Part shown: piece after piece, positions 49,190 through 59,606 of the stretch
Position numbering within the stretch: the stretch's first letter is position 1
How the letters are laid out: each line of letters begins with the position of its first letter
IMG/VR virus record: IMGVR_UViG_3300044729_001490
Coordinates: 6,388 to 70,387 of that record
DNA: 64,000 bases
Direction: 5' to 3' (one strand)
Origin: a virus
Position numbers and translations under genes: made by a program
Notes under the pieces: generated by a model
Seen by the model: the letters and a program-made list of their open reading frames with translations, nothing else
Database searches by the model: none
What the model was told of the DNA's origin: nothing

Positions 49190-51100
49190 ATGGAAGCGCT
49201 CTATTACGATTTATGCCCTCGCGACCCTGTTGAGAATTTGAAGTGGCGCATTCGCTGTCGAGAACGAGCTTTGACAGACATGAAGTTCAGAGACGCCTTT
49301 TATCAGGCTTGCATGAGCGATGTTTGTTTTTTCATGGCAGCGACCATGTACGGGTACGACCCACGCGCTAAGAATAAGATTGTTCCCTTCATTCCTTATC
49401 CGCATCAAGAAAAGGTGTTTCGGAAACTAGACGAAGCTTTTGATTACACGCAAGTGAACGACAGAACGCTTGACGTGCTGGTTGATAAGGCAAGAGCTCA
49501 AGGCGGAACGTTTGGCTACCTTTGGGTGGACTTGCGACGGTGGTTGCGTGATCCGATGTTCTCTGCTGGATACGTGACTCGTAATGCGGACCTTGTGGAT
49601 AGCAAGACTGACTCTGATACTGTTCTGTGGAAAGTGCAGTTTGCACTCAATATGCTTCCCTCTTGGATGCGACCTCGGTACGAACGGAACCTAAGTCAGC
49701 ACACGTTTGAGAACAAGGACAATGGTTCATTGCTTAAAGGTTACTCTGCAGGACAAGACGTCGCGGCGGGTGGACGTGCCACGGTATTTACGATGGACGA
49801 AGCTGGCGCGAAAGACTTCGTGTCTAATGGTAAAGACTACTCCGTAATGGAATCGTTGCACGATGTTAGTCATTATCTTAGGCTTGTCTCAGCTCGTTAT
49901 GTAGACCAAGGCGTGTTTCATGAAGCGTGCGAAGCTGGCGGGACTGAGGGTGGGTGGCACTTAGTCTTGGACTGGAAGGACCATCCTATTCACTCCAAGC
50001 ATTCTTACGTGGTAATGGACAATGTTCCGAAAGCATGCAAGCCAGAAGACGCGGAAGAGGTTGCTGAGTATCACAAAAGCAAACCGAACCTGAGAGATTT
50101 GTTGGAGAAGAAGGGGTTTAAATACGAAGGCGTAGTTCGGTCGCCATGGTACGACATGCGGTGCTTGCGAAAGACAGCTCGTCCGCAATTGATTGCATCG
50201 CAGCTCGACAGAAACCCAAAAGGTGCTGTGGGAAAAGTGTTCACAACTGACCTTCTCGACCGCATGAAGAAGATGAACGAGAGGAAGCCAGTGTGGAAAG
50301 GTACTCCAGTGTTCGACAGTGAAACATTGGAGTTAAAAGGGCTGGTTCCTCGGGAGGATGGACCGCTTACGCTTTGGTTTAGACCTGGAATAGACAGCAG
50401 CGCTCCACTTGGTCCGTTTACTCTGGCGTGCGATATTGCGTCAGGGGGAGTAGGCGTGTTTGCGTCCAATTCTATTGTGTCTGGAATGGACGACAGAACT
50501 GGCGAGCAAGTTCTTGAGTATGTTATCAAAGGACTTGAGCCAAGACCGTTTTCTCGCATTGCCGTCGGGCTTGCTTTATGGATGCGAAAAGCAAAGCTAG
50601 CCTGGGAAGACTCGGGAGTCTCTGGTGGTTTCGCAAAGGAAGTAATGGAGGTTCTCTACTACGGAAATATCTACTTCAGAAACGTTACGCAGCTTGGTAC
50701 GCAGAAGAAAAGTCGAAAGCCTGGGTTCCCATGCCGAGACGTCGACAAGGCTGACATGTTCGAGCAATTTGCTTTAGCTATGGAGACGGGGCGATACATT
50801 CCTAGGTCTGGCGAAATGCTCATTGAGTGCGGAGAATACGAGTGGGATGGTGGAAAAATCATCCATGCACCAACAAAAAACAAAGGAGCCACTGAGAAGA
50901 ATCACGGCGATAGAGCGATTGCTGCAGCAGGCGCTTGGCTTGTGTACTCTGCGGATAATATTCGTGAGAAAGTTGACAGCGACGATGAAATACACAAGAA
51001 TCCTGAATACGGGTCGTTTTTGTGGCGAGAGCAACAAGAGCGTCGAAGCGCAAACGCGGGTAGTCCTAGTTATGGAATACGGGACGTTTTGCGAGGATGA
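49190..51100 (+). CDS. terL: Terminase large subunit
   Basis: PFIPYPHQ, DKARAQGGT (Walker A), GGR..FTMDEA (Walker B), ACDIASG and HGDRAIA (nuclease). Confidence 0.9.
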   Translation: MEALYYDLCPRDPVENLKWRIRCRERALTDMKFRDAFYQACMSDVCFFMAATMYGYDPRAKNKIVPFIPYPHQEKVFRKLDEAFDYTQVNDRTLDVLVDKARAQGGTFGYLWVDLRRWLRDPMFSAGYVTRNADLVDSKTDSDTVLWKVQFALNMLPSWMRPRYERNLSQHTFENKDNGSLLKGYSAGQDVAAGGRATVFTMDEAGAKDFVSNGKDYSVMESLHDVSHYLRLVSARYVDQGVFHEACEAGGTEGGWHLVLDWKDHPIHSKHSYVVMDNVPKACKPEDAEEVAEYHKSKPNLRDLLEKKGFKYEGVVRSPWYDMRCLRKTARPQLIASQLDRNPKGAVGKVFTTDLLDRMKKMNERKPVWKGTPVFDSETLELKGLVPREDGPLTLWFRPGIDSSAPLGPFTLACDIASGGVGVFASNSIVSGMDDRTGEQVLEYVIKGLEPRPFSRIAVGLALWMRKAKLAWEDSGVSGGFAKEVMEVLYYGNIYFRNVTQLGTQKKSRKPGFPCRDVDKADMFEQFALAMETGRYIPRSGEMLIECGEYEWDGGKIIHAPTKNKGATEKNHGDRAIAAAGAWLVYSADNIREKVDSDDEIHKNPEYGSFLWREQQERRSANAGSPSYGIRDVLRG

Positions 51101-51138
51101 ATCTCAAGTGTTTCAGAGCTAGAACCTGGAAGGAAAAA

Positions 51139-51327
51139 ATGGAAAACGACGTAAATAGTACAATTGACGCTGCTGTTATTAAGATGGCAGACAAAGCAAG
51201 GGTTGAAGTAGATGCGAACAAGGCTTTGCATTTCTCACAATCGGCTTTGAACTTGGCGAACACAAAAGCGACTCTGTTTGGGTGTAAGGCTGCAGGCTCT
51301 TCGGAGTCGAGTAAAAAAACTAGCTGA
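51139..51327 (+). CDS. Small hypothetical protein
   Basis: ..ALHFSQSALNLAN..; AAGGA SD. Confidence 0.6.
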   Translation: MENDVNSTIDAAVIKMADKARVEVDANKALHFSQSALNLANTKATLFGCKAAGSSESSKKTS

Positions 51328-51410
51328 TGTAAATCAGGTTTTGAAGGTCGGAGTTAGAACCCGGTCGGAATACAACTTTTTGCAATTCAACGCAACTGTT
51401 CCGACTTTTA

Positions 51411-53198
51411 ATGCTAGACCTATTAAACAACGAAAAACGAGCAAGATTACTTAAGGCTATTAAGTCGTCTCGCGATTCACTTGAGCCGTTCAGGAGAGTT
51501 CGCAAGGAACTCATCAAAGACTACGTGGGAAGCTGGTACGCTGAGTCTGGCGCCAGCAACAAGACTCTCGTCAATCTGATTAACCAAACGGCACGTATCT
51601 ATACTGTCGCACTTGCCGCTAATAATCCGCAAGTGCTGGTCAGTACGCCAAAGACAGAGACGCTGGCATTCGCTCGTCGCTTTGAAGTGAATATCAATAA
51701 GCTCATTAGCGACATGGCACTTGATAAGACATTCCGAGCGATTGTCTTGGACGCATTCTTCTGTCTCGGGTGCGGTGTCGTAATGATGCGAGACACTGAC
51801 ACAAGATTTCATGGAATCCTTGAATCCGAAGAAGATGTCTGGCTAGACCCAGGTGAGCCATGGTTCAATCGAGTATCTCTCGATGACTTGATACTGGATA
51901 TGCCAGCCAAAGAGCTCAGTAAGATGCGGTATTGTGGGCACAGGTATCGTGCCGACTACGAAAAAGTCATGGACGAGCCTGGATACGACAAGAAAGTTCG
52001 AGACAAGCTCAGTCCAACAAGCAGAAGCCACCACGACTCGACTGGCGCAGCACGAGACATAGCGTCTGACTGGGGGAGCGCGGAAGACGACGACCTTAAA
52101 GACATGGTTTGGTTGATGGATGTCTGGATTGCCGAAAACAACTCCATTGTAACTATGGCTTGCGATCAAGACCTGCCACCATTGATTGAACGTGAGTGGG
52201 TCGGCTCGCAAGCAGGACCGTACAAGTTTCTTTCGTTAGGCGAGACGCCTGACAATGTGATACCGACGTCTCCAGCGATTAACCTGAAGGGCATGCATGA
52301 TTTGCAGAACCGATTGCATCGCCGCATGGAAGACGATTCAGATGCTCATCGAGTCGTGAATGTGTATCCGCCAAACATGTCAGATGATGCAGAGCGACTG
52401 CGAACAGCCGAACGAAACAGTTGGCAGCGAGGAACTAGCCCAGAGCAGATTAAGCAGTTTGAGATGGGTGGTATTGACCAGCGAGACATGGCAATGGCTA
52501 CGTTTTTGCAGAATGAATACGACAGGTTTGCTGGAAACTTGCAAGCGATGGGTGGTCTGGGCGCTCAGGCTTCGACTGTTGGTCAAGAAGAGATAATCAG
52601 CGGGAATTTGGCGAGAAACGTGGCAGACATGCGAATGGCTGTTGTCTCTTTTGCGTCTGAGTGTGTTTTGGATTTAGGGAGATTGATGTGGGAGGACCAG
52701 ACCCTTGAGTTGCAAACATCAATTCCTGTCGGGAATAGCGGCATTGAAGTCTCGTCTAACTGGATGCCAGATTACCGACAAGGAGCGTTCGAGGATTACG
52801 AGTTCCGCGTGGAGCCGTATTCCATGGTCTTCAAAACACCAGAACAGCACTTACAGGAATTGTTCCAGGTGCTCCGCGAGCTCGCGCCGCTTTGGCCCAT
52901 GTTCCAAGCGTCAGGAGCAACATTCGATGCCGAAGCCATCGTCGACGAAATTGCCAGATTGAAGAATCGTCCAGAGTTCAGGAAGTTCATAACGTTTGCG
53001 GATCCGATGGGAATGCTTGGAGGCGACGAGAACACGGTAAGGCAAGCCGCCAACACTACCAGGACGAACATTAGAAAGAACGTGAGCGATGGCGGAACCG
53101 CAGACGCTCGAAACTCGGCGATGATCCAAACGTTAATGGGTGGTAAACCACAAATTAACAGTCAGCAAGCGGCAATGTTGAAAAGGGCACCAGCATAA
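51411..53198 (+). CDS. Portal protein
   Basis: 595 aa after terL; podovirus-type size and position. Confidence 0.8.
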   Translation: MLDLLNNEKRARLLKAIKSSRDSLEPFRRVRKELIKDYVGSWYAESGASNKTLVNLINQTARIYTVALAANNPQVLVSTPKTETLAFARRFEVNINKLISDMALDKTFRAIVLDAFFCLGCGVVMMRDTDTRFHGILESEEDVWLDPGEPWFNRVSLDDLILDMPAKELSKMRYCGHRYRADYEKVMDEPGYDKKVRDKLSPTSRSHHDSTGAARDIASDWGSAEDDDLKDMVWLMDVWIAENNSIVTMACDQDLPPLIEREWVGSQAGPYKFLSLGETPDNVIPTSPAINLKGMHDLQNRLHRRMEDDSDAHRVVNVYPPNMSDDAERLRTAERNSWQRGTSPEQIKQFEMGGIDQRDMAMATFLQNEYDRFAGNLQAMGGLGAQASTVGQEEIISGNLARNVADMRMAVVSFASECVLDLGRLMWEDQTLELQTSIPVGNSGIEVSSNWMPDYRQGAFEDYEFRVEPYSMVFKTPEQHLQELFQVLRELAPLWPMFQASGATFDAEAIVDEIARLKNRPEFRKFITFADPMGMLGGDENTVRQAANTTRTNIRKNVSDGGTADARNSAMIQTLMGGKPQINSQQAAMLKRAPA

Positions 53199-53926
53199 TG
53201 CCTAGAAAAACAACAAAAGTGCAACGTTGCTGCAAGAAGTGCGGAGATCAGTTCTTTGCTTTGCAAAGTGTTGTTGATAAAGGGCTTGGCGTCTTCTGTA
53301 GTCGAGACTGCTATCTAATCTCAAGTGGGAAATCGCCAGCACGACCAAAAGTTCAACGAACCTGTAAACAGTGCGGGAAGGAATTTCTCATAAGACCACG
53401 CACAGCAGATTCAGGGAAAGGTATCTTCTGCAGCCCAAAGTGCTGGAAAGAATCGCCCAAGCCTGCGCCTATTGTTACATGCGGTTGCTGTGGAAAAGTA
53501 TTTGCGGATCCAGGTAGATACAGACCTAAGTATTGTTCGCCTGAGTGCTATCAAAATTCGCGACCGAAAGCGGCACAATCTCCCGCAAGACCTCACGAAC
53601 ATGACACATGGGCTTTGGCTGTTATTCTGCGAGACAAAAAATGCGTTCGCTGTGGTGATGTAGAAAACTTGCAAGCTCATCACTTGAAGGAGTGGAAAGG
53701 CTATCCCGACTTGCGGTTTGTTGTTTCCAACGGGGTGGCGTTGTGTCCATTGTGTCATCACGCACAGCACCCGTACCTTCCTTTGGAGAGATTTGTAGCC
53801 TCTGGCGGTAAAAAAGTTCAGTATTGCGTCGTTTGTGAAACGGCGTTTTTGGTCAGGAAGAAAACACAGCGAGTTTGCAGTCGACAATGCGGCTGGGCTC
53901 GTAAGAAGCAAGAGGCGGTGACGTAA
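53198..53926 (+). CDS. HNH endonuclease with repeated CxxC..FCSxxC zinc fingers
   Basis: RDKKCVRCG..AHH..SNGVALCPLCH; four zinc-finger repeats. Confidence 0.85.
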   Translation: MPRKTTKVQRCCKKCGDQFFALQSVVDKGLGVFCSRDCYLISSGKSPARPKVQRTCKQCGKEFLIRPRTADSGKGIFCSPKCWKESPKPAPIVTCGCCGKVFADPGRYRPKYCSPECYQNSRPKAAQSPARPHEHDTWALAVILRDKKCVRCGDVENLQAHHLKEWKGYPDLRFVVSNGVALCPLCHHAQHPYLPLERFVASGGKKVQYCVVCETAFLVRKKTQRVCSRQCGWARKKQEAVT

Positions 53927-54090
53927 TGAAGATTCATGTGCATGTGCGTTTGGCTGATACGGAACGAACTCTCGAATGGCGAGAAGTCGAAGCCTTGACG
54001 TTGAGCGAAGCGATCAAAGTCGCTGAAGCTATGCCAGATGTGGAAGTGTGTTTGGAAGCAAGCGTAATACCTGGAGGTGTAGTGACGTGA
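53926..54090 (+). CDS. Small hypothetical protein (54 aa, below cutoff)
   Basis: MKIHVHVRLAD..; overlaps its neighbours on both sides. Confidence 0.55.
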   Translation: MKIHVHVRLADTERTLEWREVEALTLSEAIKVAEAMPDVEVCLEASVIPGGVVT

Positions 54091-54407
54091 GTACTATTGT
54101 TCGCATGTACAAGGGCAGGGAAGTAACGCAGGAGGAGTTGGATAAGCTCATGCCTCGCAAGGCTAATTGGCTTGAGGCTCCGTCGATGGCTGCTAACACG
54201 TACACCGAGCATGATCCTTTAATTTCTGAAGGGTGTGGCGTCATGAAGTCGCAGGTTGGCGAAGCAAGAGAAATGATTCGCCAACACAACATCCAAGGCG
54301 CAGCTGTGCACGATAACGGACAGATTCGATTTACGAGCAAAGGCGCCAGGAGGGAGTTTCTTAAGCGCCGGGGCTTAGTTGATATCGATGGCGGGTATTC
54401 AGACTAG
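54087..54407 (+). CDS. Hypothetical head-region protein
   Basis: GTG start behind GGAGG. Confidence 0.6.
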   Translation: MSTIVRMYKGREVTQEELDKLMPRKANWLEAPSMAANTYTEHDPLISEGCGVMKSQVGEAREMIRQHNIQGAAVHDNGQIRFTSKGARREFLKRRGLVDIDGGYSD

Positions 54408-54455
54408 CACGATTTAGCCCAGCATTACAACAAAACACTTACGGAAAACAACACA

Positions 54456-55436
54456 ATGTCATTATCAGACCTAGCCGAAGTCACTCAGGAAACAACAAGC
54501 GACGAAATTGCCGCTTACGCTGATGCCGTTGCTCAAGAAGTTGAAAGCGAGCGACAGGGAGATACAAAGTCAGACGCAGAAATCATCAACGATGTCGCGT
54601 CCATTGAAACATCTGCTGAGAAAAATGCCAGCAGTGAATCCGCTAAGGCGTCGAGCCAAAGCGAGGAGTCCGGTGATGAACCGTCATATCCAGAATGGGT
54701 AGATGATGACGTGAAAACCGAGGTTGCCGCGTACGGCATTAGTGAGTCGGACTTGTCTGACTTTGCCAGTCGCGAGGAGTTGGATAGGGCGTTACGCCTA
54801 CTTGATAAGACAGCTCTTGAAGTCGGTCGCAAGGCGACAGTAGAAGGCGATTCGGATAAGAGTCGCAACGACAAGGGGCAGTTTGTCAAAAAGGAAGAGC
54901 CCAAGCCTAGCAGCTCAGAAGAAAGTTCTCCAAAGAGTGGCAGGTACGAAATTTCGTTGAGCAAGGATATTTACGATGACGAGATTGTGAATGAGTTTAC
55001 GCGAATGCGTGACCATTACGAATCACGTCTCGAGCAGCTGGAGTCGCACTTTATGCAAGTGAGCGCCAGTGAGGAGGAGAGGCAGTTCGACAGCTATGTT
55101 GACTCGCTCGGTCATTCCGATTTGTTTGGAAAGACAGGAAGTGAGTCAGAAAAAGAGCTGGAACGTCGCAGAGATTTGCACGTTGCTGTCAAGGCTCAAC
55201 TCATAGGCTTAGAGCGACTTGGGCGACCGTCCGAGCTTAACGACAAGCTGATTAGCCGCGTTGCAAACATGGTGTTTGCTGACGAATTGAGTAAGAAACG
55301 ATTAAAGCAACAGACTCAGAAGATTTCCAGACAAAGCCAACTTCGTCAGGGTGGAAGCCCAACGAAGCCGTTACCACCGCGAGATAACGCTCGCGATGAG
55401 GCGGACAGACTTTATCGGGAGCTCGAACGAGCTTAA
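54456..55436 (+). CDS. Capsid scaffolding protein
   Basis: Acidic, RNDKGQF motif, directly upstream of the major capsid gene. Confidence 0.7.
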   Translation: MSLSDLAEVTQETTSDEIAAYADAVAQEVESERQGDTKSDAEIINDVASIETSAEKNASSESAKASSQSEESGDEPSYPEWVDDDVKTEVAAYGISESDLSDFASREELDRALRLLDKTALEVGRKATVEGDSDKSRNDKGQFVKKEEPKPSSSEESSPKSGRYEISLSKDIYDDEIVNEFTRMRDHYESRLEQLESHFMQVSASEEERQFDSYVDSLGHSDLFGKTGSESEKELERRRDLHVAVKAQLIGLERLGRPSELNDKLISRVANMVFADELSKKRLKQQTQKISRQSQLRQGGSPTKPLPPRDNARDEADRLYRELERA

Positions 55437-55454
55437 TTATAAAGGAATCGCCAA

Positions 55455-56573
55455 ATGGCACTTTCAATTGAACAAATTGATGATTTTGTAAACAGCATTC
55501 ACCAAAAGTTTGCTGGTGAAGAAAAGCTTGCAGCACAGGACTTGTCCTTGCCGTTGCAAGAGTACAAGTACGCATCGCGTCTATTCTCGGGCAACCTGAA
55601 GAAGGACACGATGAGCACGTCGCAGTGCAAGTGGAAGGTAAAAGTCAATACTAATGACAACTTCCAGACGGTTGGTCTTTACCACCGCGATTCGTCAACC
55701 CGCGTGAATACGCTGGATGAAGGCGAGTTGAAGTGGGCGTTGACCACCAACAACTACCACTACGACATTGACGAAGAGATTTTCCGAACGGGTGGTCGGC
55801 AAATCTACGATTACATCGAGGACATGGAACGTGACTTGATGACGTCGTTTTACACAGGGATGGAAGACCTTGTGTTTGGTCCTGGTCCTACAGGTCCAAC
55901 TCAGTCTCCGTTCTCGGTCGCATCGTTGCTGTGGTGGATTACCGCAACAAACGACAGCACAACTGAAAACAACGCGACAGAAGGCTTTAATGGATTTGAG
56001 CCTGTTGGCTGGGGAAGCAATGGCGTTGGTGGAATTTCTTGCACGGATTACCCGCAATGGCGTAACCGCACGTTCCCGTACACCTCCGTTAGCCGTTCTG
56101 ATTTGGTCGAGAAAACCATCAATTCGATGGATTTGTGCCATTTCATTCCGCCTGTTCAACGACCAGACATTGTTGACCAAAAGCGTCACGACTGGGAATT
56201 GCTGACAACGCACAGCGTTTTGGCTGCAGGTCGTCGCTTGCTACAGTTGGGAAATGACAACATTGGCGACGATATGGCTGCAAGAAGCGGGACCGTGTTT
56301 ATTCGAGGCGTACCGTTGTCTTGGGTTCCGGCATGGACAAATGCTTCTAGCGTCAACGCTCGCACGGATGGTATAATCCTCGGTGTAAACTGGTCGACGT
56401 TCCGAGCTTACTATGCTGCTGGTCGGCAGATGCGTAAGCGAAAGGCGTTCCAGCATCCAGAAATGAGCAACGTTCGCGTTCGCTGCATGGATGACTCAGT
56501 ACAAATGGTTTGTTTCAATCGTCGCGGTAATTTCCGTGGTTATTGCACACAAGCCGTAACAGAAACTGCGTAG
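55455..56573 (+). CDS. Major capsid protein
   Basis: 372 aa after the scaffold; GGIS..YPQWRN motif. Confidence 0.8.
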   Translation: MALSIEQIDDFVNSIHQKFAGEEKLAAQDLSLPLQEYKYASRLFSGNLKKDTMSTSQCKWKVKVNTNDNFQTVGLYHRDSSTRVNTLDEGELKWALTTNNYHYDIDEEIFRTGGRQIYDYIEDMERDLMTSFYTGMEDLVFGPGPTGPTQSPFSVASLLWWITATNDSTTENNATEGFNGFEPVGWGSNGVGGISCTDYPQWRNRTFPYTSVSRSDLVEKTINSMDLCHFIPPVQRPDIVDQKRHDWELLTTHSVLAAGRRLLQLGNDNIGDDMAARSGTVFIRGVPLSWVPAWTNASSVNARTDGIILGVNWSTFRAYYAAGRQMRKRKAFQHPEMSNVRVRCMDDSVQMVCFNRRGNFRGYCTQAVTETA

Positions 56574-56591
56574 GCTTAATGCCTGCGTAAT

Positions 56592-56618
56592 AATTCTGTG
56601 ACAGCGTGTCACAGAATT
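56592..56618. repeat. Dispersed palindrome copy 10
   Basis: AATTCTGTGACAGCGTGTCACAGAATT, 12-bp arms. Confidence 0.95.
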
Positions 56619-56628
56619 AAATGTCTTT

Positions 56629-56664
56629 GGTGGGCGAGACAATAAAACACGCCCACCAATTTTG
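56629..56664 (+). terminator. Probable terminator after the major capsid gene
   Basis: TTGGTGGGCG-13 nt-CGCCCACCAA-TTTT. Confidence 0.55.
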
Positions 56665-56727
56665 TATAATGGGACAACACTCACCCAGAGCTGAGGCAAT
56701 CCCGCAATCTTCCTTGAAAGGGAAACA

Positions 56728-57579
56728 ATGATTACATTTGATGAACTGAATATTGGCTATCTTCCGTCTGGCAGGTTGTGGAAAGGCTTTGCTCCTCCAA
56801 CAGCTTTTGGTCCGCACGGAACTACTACGATTTCGCAATCTGGCAACCCGTCGTTTGGGTTTTACGACAACTTTCATTCGTTTCATGCCACGACAGCGGA
56901 AGGTCCATACAGGATTGTCGAAGGGACTGGCTGTACGATTGAGCAGATTGCAGATACTGCATCAGAGAAAGGTCTGGTTCAGCTTGCTATCGACGGTAAT
57001 GCCGCTAACGACGAAGCGATACTTCAATGGGGTCGTGGGCTTGGCGCTCCGTTTCAGTTTTCTGGCAATGATTTGGTGTTTGAAGCTCGTTTGAACGTGA
57101 GCAGCATCACTACGGCTTTGCATTCGTGGGCTATTGGGCTTGGGGTTGTTGGAGCTGGTGCGACTGACGGTTTGCTAACAGACACGACAGGCATCTTGGC
57201 TGACACAAGTTTTGTTGGTTTTGCTAAGCTGTCGGCGGCATCTTCTGGTGTTTCAGGTACCTACCGAGCTTCTGGGCAAGCGGTGCAAAACGGATCAACT
57301 AACACGAGGCTGTTGAATCTGGCGACACTGGCGGTGAATGGTTACGTCAAGCTTGGAATGCGTTTCCGAGCTGCTCCGCAAACGCTTGAGTGGTTTGTGA
57401 ACGGTAATCTAGCTGGGTCGTCTGCAGCTCCAGCTAGATTGACGACATCGCAAATCAGGGCTGCTACGTTTCCAAGTACGACCCTAATGACTCCAGTCAT
57501 TGCAGTGAAGGACGTTGCAGGGTCCGCGTCGTCGCTGAACATGAAAGTTGACTGGATTGCCTGCGCACAAATGCTGTAG
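56728..57579 (+). CDS. Putative capsid decoration or minor structural protein
   Basis: 283 aa, beta-rich, after the major capsid gene. Confidence 0.55.
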   Translation: MITFDELNIGYLPSGRLWKGFAPPTAFGPHGTTTISQSGNPSFGFYDNFHSFHATTAEGPYRIVEGTGCTIEQIADTASEKGLVQLAIDGNAANDEAILQWGRGLGAPFQFSGNDLVFEARLNVSSITTALHSWAIGLGVVGAGATDGLLTDTTGILADTSFVGFAKLSAASSGVSGTYRASGQAVQNGSTNTRLLNLATLAVNGYVKLGMRFRAAPQTLEWFVNGNLAGSSAAPARLTTSQIRAATFPSTTLMTPVIAVKDVAGSASSLNMKVDWIACAQML

Positions 57580-57592
57580 TAGCATGAGTTCT

Positions 57593-57627
57593 GCTGGGGC
57601 TGGCATTTCAGTCCCAGCTTTTATTTT
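57593..57627 (+). terminator. Intrinsic terminator
   Basis: GCTGGGGCTG-GCATTT-CAGTCCCAGC-TTTTATTTT. Confidence 0.75.
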
Positions 57628-57651
57628 GCTTCTGTTTACGAGGTTGATTCC

Positions 57652-57972
57652 ATGGCTAGTTATGAGTTCGCAGCACGGATCCCAGTCGATCACGTTGTTG
57701 CGTTGGTAAAGAATTTCCGAACTGGCGATTTTAGTATTGCTGGTAACGGGAAGTTGGTAGCATCGGCACTTGGCGAAATCTCCGCACTGATCGAGAGCGG
57801 ATTCATGGTGACTCTCGAGCTGGATGAACTGCCATCGACGATGGACGGTTGCTTGCTGGCACTTGATGCCATCACGACAGAAGATCCGCAAGCGACAGCA
57901 ATCGATCCTTCGCTGCTGATTCCTATCGTGCTGAAATTGATTGAGCTCTGGATAGCTCGTCGAGGTGGCTAA
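57652..57972 (+). CDS. Small protein with hydrophobic C-terminal helix
   Basis: IDPSLLIPIVLKLIELWIARRGG. Confidence 0.6.
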   Translation: MASYEFAARIPVDHVVALVKNFRTGDFSIAGNGKLVASALGEISALIESGFMVTLELDELPSTMDGCLLALDAITTEDPQATAIDPSLLIPIVLKLIELWIARRGG

Positions 57973-58890
57973 GTGGATTACACGATCCCACCTGATACCG
58001 TCTACAACAACGATCTGTTTGCTATGGCTCCGCGGCTATGGCACTGGCCGTCTGAACTTGCGGAAAAAGTCAAGTCGATTGCAACTGGGAAATCGATTAA
58101 AGTTGCGATCGGTGATACTGGCTACACAAAGCACGTAGACGGTCCTGAACCGATTGCAGCGAAGTCGTTTATCTCGGGTCAGTCTGCATTGCGCGACGGT
58201 AACGGACACGGTACGCACTGCGCAGGAACGGCACTAGGACGCAACGGAATCGGGGTTGCACCCGAAGCTGAGTTGATTGTTTTCAAGTGCTTGTCGGATC
58301 AGGGTAGCGGCTCTTCTGTTGGTATCGCAAACGGTATTCGATGGGCAGCGGAGCAAGGTGCGGACATCATTAGTCTGTCTCTCGGTGGTGGTGGTTCGGA
58401 TAACGAAACAAATCGAGCAATCGACTACGCATTTAGCCTCGGGTGCATTGTCAACGCTGCGGCTGGAAATGCTGGCTACAACGGTGCGAATACTATTGGT
58501 TGGCCTGGAAAATACGAAGGTTGCATCTGCTGTGGTGCGTACCAAGCAAGCGGACAGATAGCAAACTTCTCTTCTGGTGGACGAGAGATTGATTGGGCTT
58601 GTCCTGGTCAAGATATCATCTCGTTTTCAAAGAACGGTAGTGGCTACACATCGATGAGCGGAACATCGATGGCAACGCCGTTTGGTAGTGGTCTACTAGC
58701 TTGCATCGTCGAAGTCATGCGAAGGCAAGGTAAGCCACAATGGACTGCAGCGAAGAGCGTGAATGAGTTTTTTAAGGCGAACCTAAAGGACGCTGGATCG
58801 CCTGGTTTTGATCCTAGATTTGGTCACGGCATTCCTGTCGCTGACTCACTACTCCAATCGTTACTTCGGTTGGAATTGTTAATCGCTTAA
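57973..58890 (+). CDS. Subtilisin-like S8 serine protease
   Basis: VAIGDTG, HGTHCAG, AAAGN and SGTSMATP. Confidence 0.95.
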   Translation: MDYTIPPDTVYNNDLFAMAPRLWHWPSELAEKVKSIATGKSIKVAIGDTGYTKHVDGPEPIAAKSFISGQSALRDGNGHGTHCAGTALGRNGIGVAPEAELIVFKCLSDQGSGSSVGIANGIRWAAEQGADIISLSLGGGGSDNETNRAIDYAFSLGCIVNAAAGNAGYNGANTIGWPGKYEGCICCGAYQASGQIANFSSGGREIDWACPGQDIISFSKNGSGYTSMSGTSMATPFGSGLLACIVEVMRRQGKPQWTAAKSVNEFFKANLKDAGSPGFDPRFGHGIPVADSLLQSLLRLELLIA

Positions 58891-58920
58891 ATGTTTCTTT
58901 TATTTTAAAAAGGTGAAAAA

Positions 58921-59601
58921 GTGGGAATGATTACAGAACTATCGCTACAAGAACAAGTCGTCATCGGTGGCGAAAAAATTGCCGTGCACAAGTGGCAATT
59001 GAACAATCAACATTTGCAACAGTTTTGCTATGTTGTGTCGCGGTTGCAAATGGCAATCCTCGAAATGGATTCAAACAACTCGACTGGTCAAATGGTTGTT
59101 GCTGATTCCGAGGCTATCAATTCCGATTGGACTCGTGCCAAGCTAGAATGGGATCTTGCTAAAAAGTATCGTAACCTCGCACCAGCAGCGCAAGAGAAGC
59201 TTTTGACAGTTCTTGCAATCACAGACAACGAACAACTCAGGACTGGCAACGTCAAGTGCCGTCGAGTTATTACAGCTCTTTCGACTTTGATGCAAAAGAT
59301 TCTGTTCAGTGACTCTGCCAAACTTCAGTACGGCATTGGTGACCGAGACATTACACGTTTCGAAGAGCACATGCTTTACGTCGAAGAGTTGCTCTTGACC
59401 TACGTTGGTAACGGAACCGAGTTGAACACTGGAATTTCTATTCCTGCACACGAGCATCTTGGTGTTGTTATTCCACCAATCAATATGCACGAAGCACAAA
59501 TCTCCGAACCATCCCCAGGATCGGTCGGAACTCCAAGCAAGGATTATCCTGACACTCCTTCAACTGTACCAGCTTCTGGCAACTCAACTCCAGTTAAGTA
59601 A
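58921..59601 (+). CDS. Hypothetical protein
   Basis: 226-aa ORF. Confidence 0.65.
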   Translation: MGMITELSLQEQVVIGGEKIAVHKWQLNNQHLQQFCYVVSRLQMAILEMDSNNSTGQMVVADSEAINSDWTRAKLEWDLAKKYRNLAPAAQEKLLTVLAITDNEQLRTGNVKCRRVITALSTLMQKILFSDSAKLQYGIGDRDITRFEEHMLYVEELLLTYVGNGTELNTGISIPAHEHLGVVIPPINMHEAQISEPSPGSVGTPSKDYPDTPSTVPASGNSTPVK

Positions 59602-59606
59602 CCACT